A stretch of 21,989 bases of DNA from Calditrichia bacterium (GCA_037381445.1 JARRQT010000041.1:16568-38556); one strand, 5' to 3'; shown: positions 1 through 9,204, counted from the stretch's first letter. Translations and numbers: made by a program. The notes: generated from the letters alone by a model not told the origin.

Positions 1-145
1 AATTTAAGAGGGGAACAAAGGTGATAAGAATGAAGGACAAGAGCACGTAGTACTCAACAATCCTCATGATCTTCTTGTAGTAGGTCTCAACCATCTTTCT
101 TGTCTCTTCCTTTTTATGCGTATCGTCTGCTGAACTGTTTTTCAT
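1..145 (-). CDS. Hypothetical membrane protein, 5' portion only (runs off the left edge of the window)
   Basis: Not in the ORF track. ATG at 145 on the minus strand, preceded by SD-like AAGGAG just after the ggt stop. The frame is open to the window edge: MKNSSADDTHKKEETRKMVETYYKKIMRIVEYYVLLSFILITFVPLLN..., ending in a hydrophobic, TM-like stretch. Confidence 0.75.
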   Translation of the reverse strand, partial: MKNSSADDTHKKEETRKMVETYYKKIMRIVEYYVLLSFILITFVPLLN

Positions 146-156
146 TTTCCGGCTCC

Positions 157-1857
157 TTAATACCCTTTAGGGAAACCGTTTCCCCGGGGATCCGAACAAA
201 CCTGCCAGCCGGATTTATTATCCCTCCAAAAAGCCTGCACATCCCCAAGATTCTCACGTTTTACCAAATTATACCCCCAGTGTTCCAGCACATTTAAAGT
301 TTGGTTTTCAAACTTTCCGCTCTCATAATAAACAGAATCGGGCAGCCACTGGTCGTGAGTACGGCCGGCCCCAACAGCCTGCGGCAGGGGCATGTGATAA
401 TTGATCAGATTCACCAGCACCTGCAGAACGGTGGTAATGATGGTCGGACCGCCGGGCGAACCCAGCGCGCCGATCAGCTGATTGTTCTCTGTTAAGATAA
501 CCGGGGACATGGAACTCAGCATTCTCTTGCCGGGCGCTATACTATTTGCCTCTCCCTGCACCAGTCCGAACATGTTCGGACTGCCGGGCTTTGCTGCAAA
601 ATCATCCATTTCATTATTCAGAAGAATTCCGGTTGAACCGGCGACCAGTTTACTGCCGAAATTGCCGTTCAGGGTATATGTTACCGAGACAGCATTCGAC
701 AGAGAATCCACGACGGAGAAATGAGTCGTCTCCCTGCTTTCATGATCCAAGAGGCCGGCTGCGGATATTTCACTTGCCGGTTCGGGATTTTTGTAATTAA
801 TCCGGGCCAGAACGGATTTCGCAAACTCGGGAGACAACAATTTGTCCAGTGGCATCCCAACATAGCCGGGATCACCCAGCAACTGGTTGCGGATGGCAAA
901 ATACCGTTTTTCCAGATCGGTAAACAGGGCAATTTGCTGGGGCGAATGGAATGGAAACCTGCTGAAATCGATATCGGAAAGGCTGTTCAAGATGCCCGCC
1001 AGTACCACCCCTCCCGAGGACGGGGGAGGAAATGAAATAATATTATATCCCGAGTAATCGATAATAATCGGTTCCCTCTCTACGGCCTGGTAGTTTTCCA
1101 GGTCTTGCAGAGAGATAATGCCGCCGAATTGTTCTGTGGATTTCACAATTTCCCTGGCAATTTCGCCATCATAGAAAGCCTGGTCCCCGTGGATCGCGAT
1201 GGCTTTCAGGCTTCGAGCCAGTTCTTTCTGATACAGCCGTTCGCCTGCCTTTAGCGGTGTTCCACCCGGCAGGAATACAGCCGCAGAAGGAGGAAATTTT
1301 TTAAATTCGGGCGCCGCCGCCTCCAGTCTTTCCGCCAAAAATTCATTCACAATAAATCCGTCTTCGGCCAGGTGAATTGCCGGTTCCAAAACCGCTGACC
1401 AGGGGAGAGCGCCGAATTTCCGGTGGAATTGATAAAATCCCTTCACTGTTCCCGGCACTCCCACAGCCAATCCCCCAACCAGGCTTTTATCAGATTGCAG
1501 ATTGCCCAGGGAATCCAGATACATATTTCTGCCGGATAAAGCGGGTGCCGTTTCACGGAAGTCAAGAGCGTATATTTTCCCTGAATCCTGCCGATAGAGC
1601 AGAAAGCCTCCGCCGCCAAGATTCCCCGCCTGAGGATAGACCACGGCCAGCGCCATTGCCACCGCAGTGGCCGCATCAGCGGCGTTTCCTCCGGCCTTCA
1701 TGATTTCAACGCCCACCTGCGAGGCATGGATGTCCGCGCTTGCCACACCAGCGTGCAACGCTTCAATACATTTTGAGGGATTTAATGAATCCTCCGCCGC
1801 AACATCGGAAGCCTGCAATGGGATCGTAAAAAACAATGAAATGATTACTAACAGCAA
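157..1857 (-). CDS. ggt: Gamma-glutamyltransferase (glutathione hydrolase), exported
   Basis: Motifs GGNAADAA, YPQAGNLGGGGF, DFRETAP, autocleavage site ET|THFSVVD with the catalytic Thr, LLNNEMDDF, PGKRMLSSMSP and GSPGG. N-terminal signal peptide ending PLQA. The start codon is uncertain (TTG 1857 or ATT 1875). Confidence 0.97.
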   Translation of the reverse strand: MLLVIISLFFTIPLQASDVAAEDSLNPSKCIEALHAGVASADIHASQVGVEIMKAGGNAADAATAVAMALAVVYPQAGNLGGGGFLLYRQDSGKIYALDFRETAPALSGRNMYLDSLGNLQSDKSLVGGLAVGVPGTVKGFYQFHRKFGALPWSAVLEPAIHLAEDGFIVNEFLAERLEAAAPEFKKFPPSAAVFLPGGTPLKAGERLYQKELARSLKAIAIHGDQAFYDGEIAREIVKSTEQFGGIISLQDLENYQAVEREPIIIDYSGYNIISFPPPSSGGVVLAGILNSLSDIDFSRFPFHSPQQIALFTDLEKRYFAIRNQLLGDPGYVGMPLDKLLSPEFAKSVLARINYKNPEPASEISAAGLLDHESRETTHFSVVDSLSNAVSVTYTLNGNFGSKLVAGSTGILLNNEMDDFAAKPGSPNMFGLVQGEANSIAPGKRMLSSMSPVILTENNQLIGALGSPGGPTIITTVLQVLVNLINYHMPLPQAVGAGRTHDQWLPDSVYYESGKFENQTLNVLEHWGYNLVKRENLGDVQAFWRDNKSGWQVCSDPRGNGFPKGY

Positions 1858-1985
1858 ATATTTTAAAAGATGAATAGTAAATTTCCCTCTGCTTGAATTT
1901 TGAATTTGTTTCGGCGAAATTGTTCGCTAGGCCGTGCAAATATCAGCTTTGTATTGCCCGTGCTATGGGATTGGTCACAGCACTA

Positions 1986-2519
1986 TCAATTTTGCTGCAT
2001 TTTCGCTTCCTGTATCAGTTGTAGGAAATCTTCTTCAAAGGACCGGAGCGGCGTTTCAACCATCCGGCCGATTTCCTTCCCCTCCCGGAAAATCACGAAA
2101 GTGGGGACCCGTTCGACATCATACTTGGCGGCGGAATCGTCCGGGTCATTTTTTTGACGATCTACTGCGAATAATTCCAGCTTCAGATGGGGATTGTCCG
2201 CAGCTTCCAGGGTTTTGATAAATTCCGGCACGCCGGCTTTGGAGTCCGGACACCAGGTTCCAAACACGCAAACGATAGTGTAATCATCCGAAATTGCCGT
2301 GAACTTCCGCACGACTGCGCTATCCGGCTGAAATTCATCATATGCCTGCTTCCAGTCCGGTATGTTTTCCCAGATATCCTGCGGTGTCACCTGGCCCACC
2401 AAAATGTCTTTGCCTTTATATTGCTCGATTTTGAAGCGGGCCTCTGTACTGTCATTTTGAGCCATTATGGCTGGAATAATTATCAAAATAAGCAAAACCG
2501 AAAGTCTGAAAAATTTCAT
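1986..2519 (-). CDS. Exported thioredoxin-fold protein, monothiol WCPDS (CxxS) active site
   Basis: Signal peptide MKFFRLSVLLILIIIPAIMA, FGTWCPDS motif, cis-Pro loop VERVPTF and GKEIGRMVE. The start overlaps the upstream stop (ATGA at 2516-2519), with GGGGG as SD. Confidence 0.9.
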   Translation of the reverse strand: MKFFRLSVLLILIIIPAIMAQNDSTEARFKIEQYKGKDILVGQVTPQDIWENIPDWKQAYDEFQPDSAVVRKFTAISDDYTIVCVFGTWCPDSKAGVPEFIKTLEAADNPHLKLELFAVDRQKNDPDDSAAKYDVERVPTFVIFREGKEIGRMVETPLRSFEEDFLQLIQEAKMQQN

Positions 2520-3472
2520 AAAATTTGCCCCCCTTCATGGACACCGGATGTATCGGCTGGCGCGCTGTTGTGTGCGGAAGTGACGGTTGTGGTATCATTT
2601 GTTACAGTCGGTTTGGACGATTTTTTTATTCGCTTTTCGGCGACGCCGTCGCCGGTAAGGGTCAGCTTGAGCACAATTTCATCGGCGCTGCCCATCGTAC
2701 CCAGGTCCTGTCCGTTCAGATTGATATCCACGCCGTCCGCACGTCCCAGCATTAACTGAACGGACTGCTGCGCGTCAATTTTTCGCGTCAAGCCGGGAGG
2801 CATGATATAGTCTGTGGTATCTTCTTTGTCGCGGATCTCACGTATCCAGGTCCGCTGCAACGCGCGAAGCTGGACATTCACGACCCCCTTATTTCCGGCA
2901 GTCACCGATGTGTTCTGGGACATTTTAGGGGTTGCCAAACTGTCCTGCCGCTGCATCTCTTCTATGAGATCGGATATGGTGATTTCTTTGACGGTCAACT
3001 GGTTATTCTTGACAAAAATGAATTGCCGGTATGCGAAGAAACCGACGATTCCCAGTACAACGGCGGTTAATGCAATCCAAAAGTATTTATGCAATTTATC
3101 AAGATTCCATCGCAGGGTGAGTTCCTGCAGGAGAGATGGTTTTTCTTCCTTCGGCGGGTCATCCTCCCGATCTGCCTCTTCCATTTTATTCTCTACCGGA
3201 ATATCGGAGGAATAGGGCACTTTCTCATTTTCCAGCGGACCAGTTCCGAAAAACAGGTTAAAATCTCTCCAGACATCCTCTTTGTCTTCGCCGATCTCTT
3301 TCAGATATCGTTTGAAAAAAATCCGGTCATAACCCTGGGGCAGTTCTTCCAGTTTCCCATTTTCGATGTCCTCAAGGTATTTCAGAGAGAGATGGCTTCT
3401 TCCTGATATGTCCTCCAGACTTAAATTCTTTTTTTCCCTTATTTTCTTTAAATTTTCAAAAAATTCTTTCAT
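2516..3472 (-). CDS. rodZ: RodZ-like cytoskeletal/cell-shape protein (XRE-type HTH, one TM helix, C-terminal DUF4115-like domain)
   Basis: N-terminal LKKIREKKNLSLEDIS...YLEDIENGKLEELPQGYDRIFFKRYLKEIG HTH, a single TM helix (YFWIALTAVVLGIVGFFAY), and C-terminal TWIREIRD...LMLGRADGVDINLNGQDLG, typical of the RodZ periplasmic domain. Confidence 0.82.
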   Translation of the reverse strand: MKEFFENLKKIREKKNLSLEDISGRSHLSLKYLEDIENGKLEELPQGYDRIFFKRYLKEIGEDKEDVWRDFNLFFGTGPLENEKVPYSSDIPVENKMEEADREDDPPKEEKPSLLQELTLRWNLDKLHKYFWIALTAVVLGIVGFFAYRQFIFVKNNQLTVKEITISDLIEEMQRQDSLATPKMSQNTSVTAGNKGVVNVQLRALQRTWIREIRDKEDTTDYIMPPGLTRKIDAQQSVQLMLGRADGVDINLNGQDLGTMGSADEIVLKLTLTGDGVAEKRIKKSSKPTVTNDTTTVTSAHNSAPADTSGVHEGGQIL

Positions 3473-3498
3473 AAAAAACTCTGAAGATTATTTGTTGA

Positions 3499-5199
3499 TT
3501 ATCGTAAATCCTTTAAACGGAGCTGGAGCTGGGTATGTCCGTTCCATTTATTTTCTTCAATGACGTAGGCGCAGTCAACAACGCCGTTGTTCTTTTCGAC
3601 GATGTTCAGGTAATCCCCCATGTTAAATCCGATCGCATCCAATACCACACCATCCTGCTCAAGTTTCAGGCGGAGGTGGTTGGTGCCCACAATGCTTGGA
3701 TTACCGGACAATCTGAGGTTCCGGCTCACAAAAACAGGGCGCATATTTGACGGACCGAATGGCCCCAAAAGTTTGAGGAGACGGATAAAACGAGGCGTGA
3801 AATCTCTGAATTCAATTTCGGAATCGATGTGCAGCGAGGGAACCATGTCTTCCGGCTGGATCTGAGCCGCTGCCACCTTTTTAAAACATTCAACGAATTC
3901 GGGGATTTTTTCTTCATTGATTGTCAAACCGGCTGCGTATTTATGGCCGCCGTAGCCGCTCAGCAAATGCGAGCAGTCCTTTATCGCCTGGTAGATGTTG
4001 AAATTTGAGATGCTGCGGGCGCTCCCTTTGCCGATCCCGTCGACGACGGATATCATTATGGTAGGCCGGTAGAATTTCTCCACCATGCGCGAGGCAACGA
4101 TTCCAATAACGCCCGGATGCCAGTCCCGTTTATACAGGACGAAGGCCTTGTCGTTGTCAAGATCGAATTTTGTATTTACGATCTCTTCCGCTTCCTTGTA
4201 GGTTATCTCGTCAATATTGCGTCTCAGTTTGTTTTCCTTTTCCAGTTCACGGGCCAGTGAGCGGGCTTTCTGCAATGTTTGCGAAGTCAGCATTTGAACA
4301 GCCCGCCGGGCGTCTCCCAGCCGTCCGACTGCATTGATGCGAGGAGCGAAAACAAAGACGATGAGACCGACAGTGATTTCCCGGTTGCTTATGCCGGACG
4401 ATTCCAGCAAAGCCTTCACCCCATATCGCGGATTGTAGTTGATTTTATCCAGACCATGCCTTACCAGAATGCGGTTCTCATCAACCAACGGAACAATATC
4501 CGCGCAGCTTCCGATAGCAACCAGATCCAGATAATTGTCCAGCTCGGCCTCGGGCAGATTTAGTTTTTTATACAGGCCCTGCAATAGCTTAAATCCTACG
4601 CCTACCCCTGCCAATTCTTTAAAGGGATAGGGACATTCGGGGATTTTGGGATCCAGCAGGGCTACGGCTGGCGGAAGTTCTTCCCCCGGCTGATGGTGAT
4701 CGCATACTACCGTATCCATCCCCAGTTCATTGGCGAGACGGATTTCATCCACTGCGGTAATGCCGCAATCCACCGTTATGATTAAAGAAATTCCTTTTCC
4801 AGCCGCCTCCCGGATACCTTTATCCGAAAGACCATAGCCTTCGGTCATCCGGTCGGGAATGTAGTAGGATACTTTTGATCCCACCATTTTGGAAAGCACC
4901 AGATAGAGCAGAGAAGCCGCAGAAACGCCGTCCACGTCGTAATCACCATATACCAGAATTTTCTCTCCGGTATGCAGGGCCTGAAAAACACGGTCTACCG
5001 CCTTGTCCATGTCTTTCATGAGATACGGATCGTGCAAATTTTCCAGATCCGGACGGAAATAAATGTGGGCCTTATCGAAGGAACTGATCTGGCGGTTGAG
5101 CAATATACGCGCCAGTACAGCAGGCACCGCTAATTCTGCGGCTATTTCTTCTATCTTTTCCTCATCATAATCGCCTTGTAATACCCATTTGTACTCCAT
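3499..5199 (-). CDS. recJ: Single-stranded-DNA-specific exonuclease RecJ
   Basis: DHH-family motifs YGDYDVDG, PDRMTEGYG, ITVDCGI, CDHH, LAGVGV, ADIVPL, PRINAVGR, WHPGVIGIVASR, GKGSARS, GGHKYAAG and PFGPSN. SD AGGTG upstream of ATG 5199. Confidence 0.98.
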   Translation of the reverse strand: MEYKWVLQGDYDEEKIEEIAAELAVPAVLARILLNRQISSFDKAHIYFRPDLENLHDPYLMKDMDKAVDRVFQALHTGEKILVYGDYDVDGVSAASLLYLVLSKMVGSKVSYYIPDRMTEGYGLSDKGIREAAGKGISLIITVDCGITAVDEIRLANELGMDTVVCDHHQPGEELPPAVALLDPKIPECPYPFKELAGVGVGFKLLQGLYKKLNLPEAELDNYLDLVAIGSCADIVPLVDENRILVRHGLDKINYNPRYGVKALLESSGISNREITVGLIVFVFAPRINAVGRLGDARRAVQMLTSQTLQKARSLARELEKENKLRRNIDEITYKEAEEIVNTKFDLDNDKAFVLYKRDWHPGVIGIVASRMVEKFYRPTIMISVVDGIGKGSARSISNFNIYQAIKDCSHLLSGYGGHKYAAGLTINEEKIPEFVECFKKVAAAQIQPEDMVPSLHIDSEIEFRDFTPRFIRLLKLLGPFGPSNMRPVFVSRNLRLSGNPSIVGTNHLRLKLEQDGVVLDAIGFNMGDYLNIVEKNNGVVDCAYVIEENKWNGHTQLQLRLKDLR

Positions 5200-5608
5200 T
5201 CATACACCTATGTGCCTTTTCTATATTTATTTTTATTATTCGCAATTTGATATAAAATAAAGTGTCTGTTATCAACATTGTTAAAGCTCTGTTTTTATAA
5301 TTATTTCAAGGAATTTTAATATTCAATTCTATGAATTGCAAATTGTTTTTAATATCGAAAATATAAAATACAATCAATCAATATATTTATTACAAAAAAA
5401 CCGCACCTCTTAATGCTTAATCCTATTGAAATAAAAAGCAAGTGTTCCACTGTAAATAAAAAAGGGGGCCCGGACACAAGCCAAAATTCCCATATCAAAA
5501 TAAAATCAGAAACATCGGATTGTCTCTGGAATCATGTAAAAGGGAATATTCATTGCATTTGCGGCCGGGGAAATTTAAATTCTATCCAGAATAATGAGGA
5601 GGTTCTAA

Positions 5609-6253
5609 ATGAAAAAAACGTCTATTGTTTTATTGCTGCTGCTTGCCTTTAGTATTTCCGGATTTGCGCGGGCCCCTTTTACCGAATTTAAAGTGGGATA
5701 TCTGAATCCCAAAGCGGCTGAGGGAGGCTACATTTTTGGTTTTAACGTGGGACGCATGATCGATGAGAGCCTGAGCTGGAGCCTGGAACTGAATTATTTT
5801 CAAAAAGGCTATCGAAAGCAAACCACAATAGACCGCTCTCAAACCGGAAATAATGAGACAATCGAAACAGTGCAACTCGAAATGGATTTCAAAACACGAA
5901 TAGTTCCTGTTTTTGTGAAACTGAATTATGAACATCCGCTTGGATATCGAAGCCCGCTTTATGCCCGCGCTTCGGCGGGTCTGGGATGGGAATTGTTATG
6001 GAACAGCGAAGACAACTATGTGGATAAAATTCACCAGACCCGCTTCTTCAACGGATTCGGCTGGCAGTTAAGCGGCGGCGTAGGTTTTGAAATCAGTTCC
6101 TCAGCCAACTTTTTCGCGGATATTTTTTATAATGACGCCATTGTTAAGAGGAATCAGACCAAAAATGAATTGGGGCTTCCCACCTGGGACCAGCTAAATA
6201 TATCCGGTCTGGGTGTTCGGCTTGGGGTCAGCATTGTAGGATTTGGATGGTAA
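5609..6253 (+). CDS. Outer-membrane beta-barrel protein (small, OmpA/OmpW-like transmembrane barrel)
   Basis: Strong SD GAGGAGG, signal peptide ending GFA, amphipathic beta-strands (YARASAGLGW, FGWQLSGGVGFEI, LGVRLGVSI) and C-terminal aromatic W. Confidence 0.85.
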   Translation: MKKTSIVLLLLLAFSISGFARAPFTEFKVGYLNPKAAEGGYIFGFNVGRMIDESLSWSLELNYFQKGYRKQTTIDRSQTGNNETIETVQLEMDFKTRIVPVFVKLNYEHPLGYRSPLYARASAGLGWELLWNSEDNYVDKIHQTRFFNGFGWQLSGGVGFEISSSANFFADIFYNDAIVKRNQTKNELGLPTWDQLNISGLGVRLGVSIVGFGW

Positions 6254-6290
6254 AATATTGGCAGGTTTTTCTTTTTTGCGAATTAAGGGT

Positions 6291-7547
6291 TTGAATAATA
6301 CCGCCCGCATTTTGTCCCGGTGGGCGGCATTTTTTATTTTTGGGGCGATCATTCTTTTCAGCGGATGCGCCCGGCAGTTCCGCAGGCCATCCCCGGAAGG
6401 ACTGCCCTCCCGGGTCCCGCCTGTCCGGGTGGCCCTGGATGATAACCTTTCTTCCGGAACACTCTCTTTCGAAGGCAAATACGAACTCAAAAGCGAGGAA
6501 GCCACCTATATACTGGATGCTTCTTCCGGCGAATTCGGGGTCTCCTATTCTAATCAAAAACTTGTTTTCAGCAGTTCCCAGCGATGGTTCTCATATACAC
6601 ATTTTCAATCTATTGACTTTATCCCCGCAGACGGCGGAAAATTTGTCTGGAATGGTGTTCCCTATTCGGGAGAGATTTCCTTCAGAAAAGAAAATTCCAG
6701 GGTAGCGGTTGTCAATGTTCTGCCCATGACGGATTACCTGAAAGGCGTTGTTCCTCGGGAGATTCCTAGCAATTCAGAGGATTACAAAGAAGCGGTAAAG
6801 GCCCAGTGCATTGCTGCCCGAACTTATGCCCTGTATCATCTGGAACATCCCGCCGCGGCTGACTATGATGTTTTTGCCGATTCACGGGATCAGGTTTATA
6901 TGGGATTAAAAGGACATTCCGCTTTATCGGATGAAGCGGTGGATAAGACTCTCGGAACCATTTTGAAAGAGGCCAATGGCAGAATTGTGGAGACTCAGTT
7001 TCACTCCACCTGTGGAGGTATCCTTGAACTGAAAGATGATTACGGAAATGACAATCACACCGGAATAATCAATGATGTCTCAGGTGACTCTGTCAATTGC
7101 AGCGCTTCTCCGCTGTATCGCTGGGTGGAGCCTTTATCGACCCGGACGATTTTGAAGAATCTGGTTAAGGCTGGGAAATTGTCGGGAGAGAAAGCTGCGG
7201 CTCTGGCAGAAAATGGATTTGAGATGAGCATTCAGGTCAGATCGCGGCTGGCCTCGGGCAGAATAAAACAGCTTCTCATTAAATTGAATGATCACAGCAT
7301 TTTGCTGAATGAATGGCAAATGAGGGTTGTGTTGTCGGGTGATAAGAGCCGGATTCTGCCCAGCAACCTCTTTTTTCTGAAAAAATCTCCCCGATATACG
7401 GATCGGTTCTATGTCATTGGCGCCGGATTTGGACATGGAAGGGGAATGTGCCAGTGGGGGGCCATAGGGCAATCTCTGGAGGGGAAGAATTATAAAGATA
7501 TTTTGAGTTTTTATTATCCCGCTTTAAAATTGGGAAAAATTTATTGA
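6291..7547 (+). CDS. SpoIID/LytB-domain lipoprotein (putative lytic transglycosylase)
   Basis: Lipobox LFSG-C. SpoIID motifs YLKGVVPRE (catalytic Glu position), KAQCIAARTYAL, DQVY, FHSTCGG and GFGHGRGMCQWGA...YKDILSFYYP. Start placed at TTG 6291 after AAGGG. The ORF track start is 6243, and TTG 6312 is also possible. Confidence 0.9.
   Translation: MNNTARILSRWAAFFIFGAIILFSGCARQFRRPSPEGLPSRVPPVRVALDDNLSSGTLSFEGKYELKSEEATYILDASSGEFGVSYSNQKLVFSSSQRWFSYTHFQSIDFIPADGGKFVWNGVPYSGEISFRKENSRVAVVNVLPMTDYLKGVVPREIPSNSEDYKEAVKAQCIAARTYALYHLEHPAAADYDVFADSRDQVYMGLKGHSALSDEAVDKTLGTILKEANGRIVETQFHSTCGGILELKDDYGNDNHTGIINDVSGDSVNCSASPLYRWVEPLSTRTILKNLVKAGKLSGEKAAALAENGFEMSIQVRSRLASGRIKQLLIKLNDHSILLNEWQMRVVLSGDKSRILPSNLFFLKKSPRYTDRFYVIGAGFGHGRGMCQWGAIGQSLEGKNYKDILSFYYPALKLGKIY
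6301..6341 (+). terminator. Intrinsic-terminator-like hairpin downstream of the OMP gene, overlapping the spoIID-like 5' coding region
   Basis: Stem CCGCCCGC (6301-6308) / GTGGGCGG (6320-6327), 8 bp including one G-U pair, with an 11-nt loop, followed by CATTTTTTATTTTT. Confidence 0.5.
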
Positions 7548-8296
7548 ACACCATGCGAAGATTGTCCAGTATCGGTATTATCTCGATCATATTATTCTTT
7601 ATTGTTACTTTGCCACTATCCGGGAATGCCCAGATTTCCGGCAAATTGAAGGATTATTTGTGGAAAAAGAATTTTCTGCAAATGGTCCGTGATTATGCCG
7701 ATGAAAGCATCACTCTAACAGATTCGGGAGATTATCAGAAAAGAATTGAAGCCAGGCCGTATGTGGAAAAAAACGGTTTGAGGGTTCAGGCTTTTGCGGG
7801 CACCAACCAAAACCGAAGTGAAGAAGTAGCCTATCAGGTAAAGGCACTGGGTTTGGATTCCGTATATATAGATACTACTGGCGGGCTTTATAAGGTGCAG
7901 GTTGGAAATTTTATTCAGCGGCTGGAAGCTGAAAAAATGCTGGACCGCCTGCGGTTTGCGGGCATCAGCAATGCCTGGATCGTGCAGACAACCATCCATG
8001 TTTCAAAAGAAAGATCAGAAACTACACCAATAGAGCAAGAGAACGACAATGATTTAACCGGCGAAGGATTTTTTTATTCCATTCAATTATTTGTAACCAA
8101 CAGCCCGGAAAAAGCAGCAGAGCTGGCTCGCCGTTTTGCCGGTGAATTGAAGGAAGAGATTTGGTACATCCGACAGGGAAATTTGTGGAAGGTATTGGCG
8201 GGCAAATATACCAATGAAGAGGAAGCGCGAAATCACCTTGATATTATTCAAAAAGCCGGGTACCAGGATGCCTGGATAACACAGGTGGATGACTGA
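7544..8296 (+). CDS. Exported protein with two SPOR (peptidoglycan-binding) domains
   Basis: Signal peptide ending GNA. Two repeats of the SPOR pattern: RVQAFA...YKVQVGNFIQRLEAEKMLDRLRFAGISNAWIV and YSIQLFV...WKVLAGKYTNEEEARNHLDIIQKAGYQDAWIT. The TTG start overlaps the upstream TGA. ATG 7553 is an alternative start. Confidence 0.88.
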   Translation: MNTMRRLSSIGIISIILFFIVTLPLSGNAQISGKLKDYLWKKNFLQMVRDYADESITLTDSGDYQKRIEARPYVEKNGLRVQAFAGTNQNRSEEVAYQVKALGLDSVYIDTTGGLYKVQVGNFIQRLEAEKMLDRLRFAGISNAWIVQTTIHVSKERSETTPIEQENDNDLTGEGFFYSIQLFVTNSPEKAAELARRFAGELKEEIWYIRQGNLWKVLAGKYTNEEEARNHLDIIQKAGYQDAWITQVDD

Positions 8297-8460
8297 TCTT
8301 CCATCCCAGACCCATAATCTTCCTGCATGTTTTTACATGCCCGCTGTTTAAATATTACCATAATTAAAAGATATAATTTCTGTTTTTCTCTTATTCAAAA
8401 TTACTATTGTAATTTCTGGTTTTAGTACATATTTTTATAAAAAAATTGGGATACACCGGA

Positions 8461-9186
8461 ATGGCTTTAAGAAGAACAATAATTTCTTACCTGTTTTTTC
8501 CAATAATTTTGCTGCTATTTGGTTGTGAAAAATTTACCGGATATAATTATGATGTTGAACCCCCTGATAACACCGTGAAGGTCTCCGGCAAAATTGAGAA
8601 CATTTATACGGGCGAATCTGTGAAGGACGCGCTGGTTCAAATTGGCGCTCAAAAAACGAGAACCGATAATTTTGGAGGATATCTGCTTCAGTTTTTCATG
8701 GGGACCAATGAACAGCGGGATAATCCTGTGGATATCGTCATTTCCGCACCGAATTATGAAACACTGAGAACCTCCGTTGTTATATATCCGGAACCAACCA
8801 GATTGGATTTCAAATTATTCTATGCAGCTCCAATCATAAAACAAAATGTAATTGTTTACAACGATTACAGATGGTACTGCCAGGCGATTGTTGTTGATTA
8901 CCAGGGAGTGGCGGATATCAGAGAAGTAAAAGCATCGTTCTATTATATAATCCCGCATACTCCCAAATCATTTTTTCTCACATTTCCACTGCAATTGGTA
9001 AAGACAGAGGATAATAATACCGGTTTCTTTCAGGCGATTATACCTTCCGCCTACCAGACTCAATATATCCTTTCTATTGAAACCTATACCATGCAGGCGA
9101 CCGATTACGAAGGGCATGTTCATTCCCTGATAAGAAATACGCCCAAGACGATCCCTGATAGCTTTTTATTTGATCCTACTAATTAA
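8461..9186 (+). CDS. Lipoprotein with a carboxypeptidase-regulatory-like (Ig/transthyretin-type) domain; function unknown
   Basis: MALRRTIISYLFFPIILLLFG-C lipobox. The segment VSGKIENIYTGESVKDALVQIG..TRTDNFGGY..ISAPNYET matches the CarboxypepD_reg-like pattern. ATG 8461 is preferred over TTG 8446. Confidence 0.75.
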   Translation: MALRRTIISYLFFPIILLLFGCEKFTGYNYDVEPPDNTVKVSGKIENIYTGESVKDALVQIGAQKTRTDNFGGYLLQFFMGTNEQRDNPVDIVISAPNYETLRTSVVIYPEPTRLDFKLFYAAPIIKQNVIVYNDYRWYCQAIVVDYQGVADIREVKASFYYIIPHTPKSFFLTFPLQLVKTEDNNTGFFQAIIPSAYQTQYILSIETYTMQATDYEGHVHSLIRNTPKTIPDSFLFDPTN

Positions 9187-9204
9187 ATACGAGATTCAGA
9201 CGAT

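Noticed and set aside
5200..5608. Very AT-rich 400-nt spacer as a possible replication origin
   Set aside because: Only one DnaA-box-like 9-mer was seen (TTATCAACA, 5269-5277) and no dnaA/dnaN/gidA context. Adequately explained as a divergent promoter region.
5413..5652. 79-aa ORF upstream of and overlapping the OMP gene
   Set aside because: No SD, overlaps the strongly supported OMP start out of frame, and has no recognisable features.
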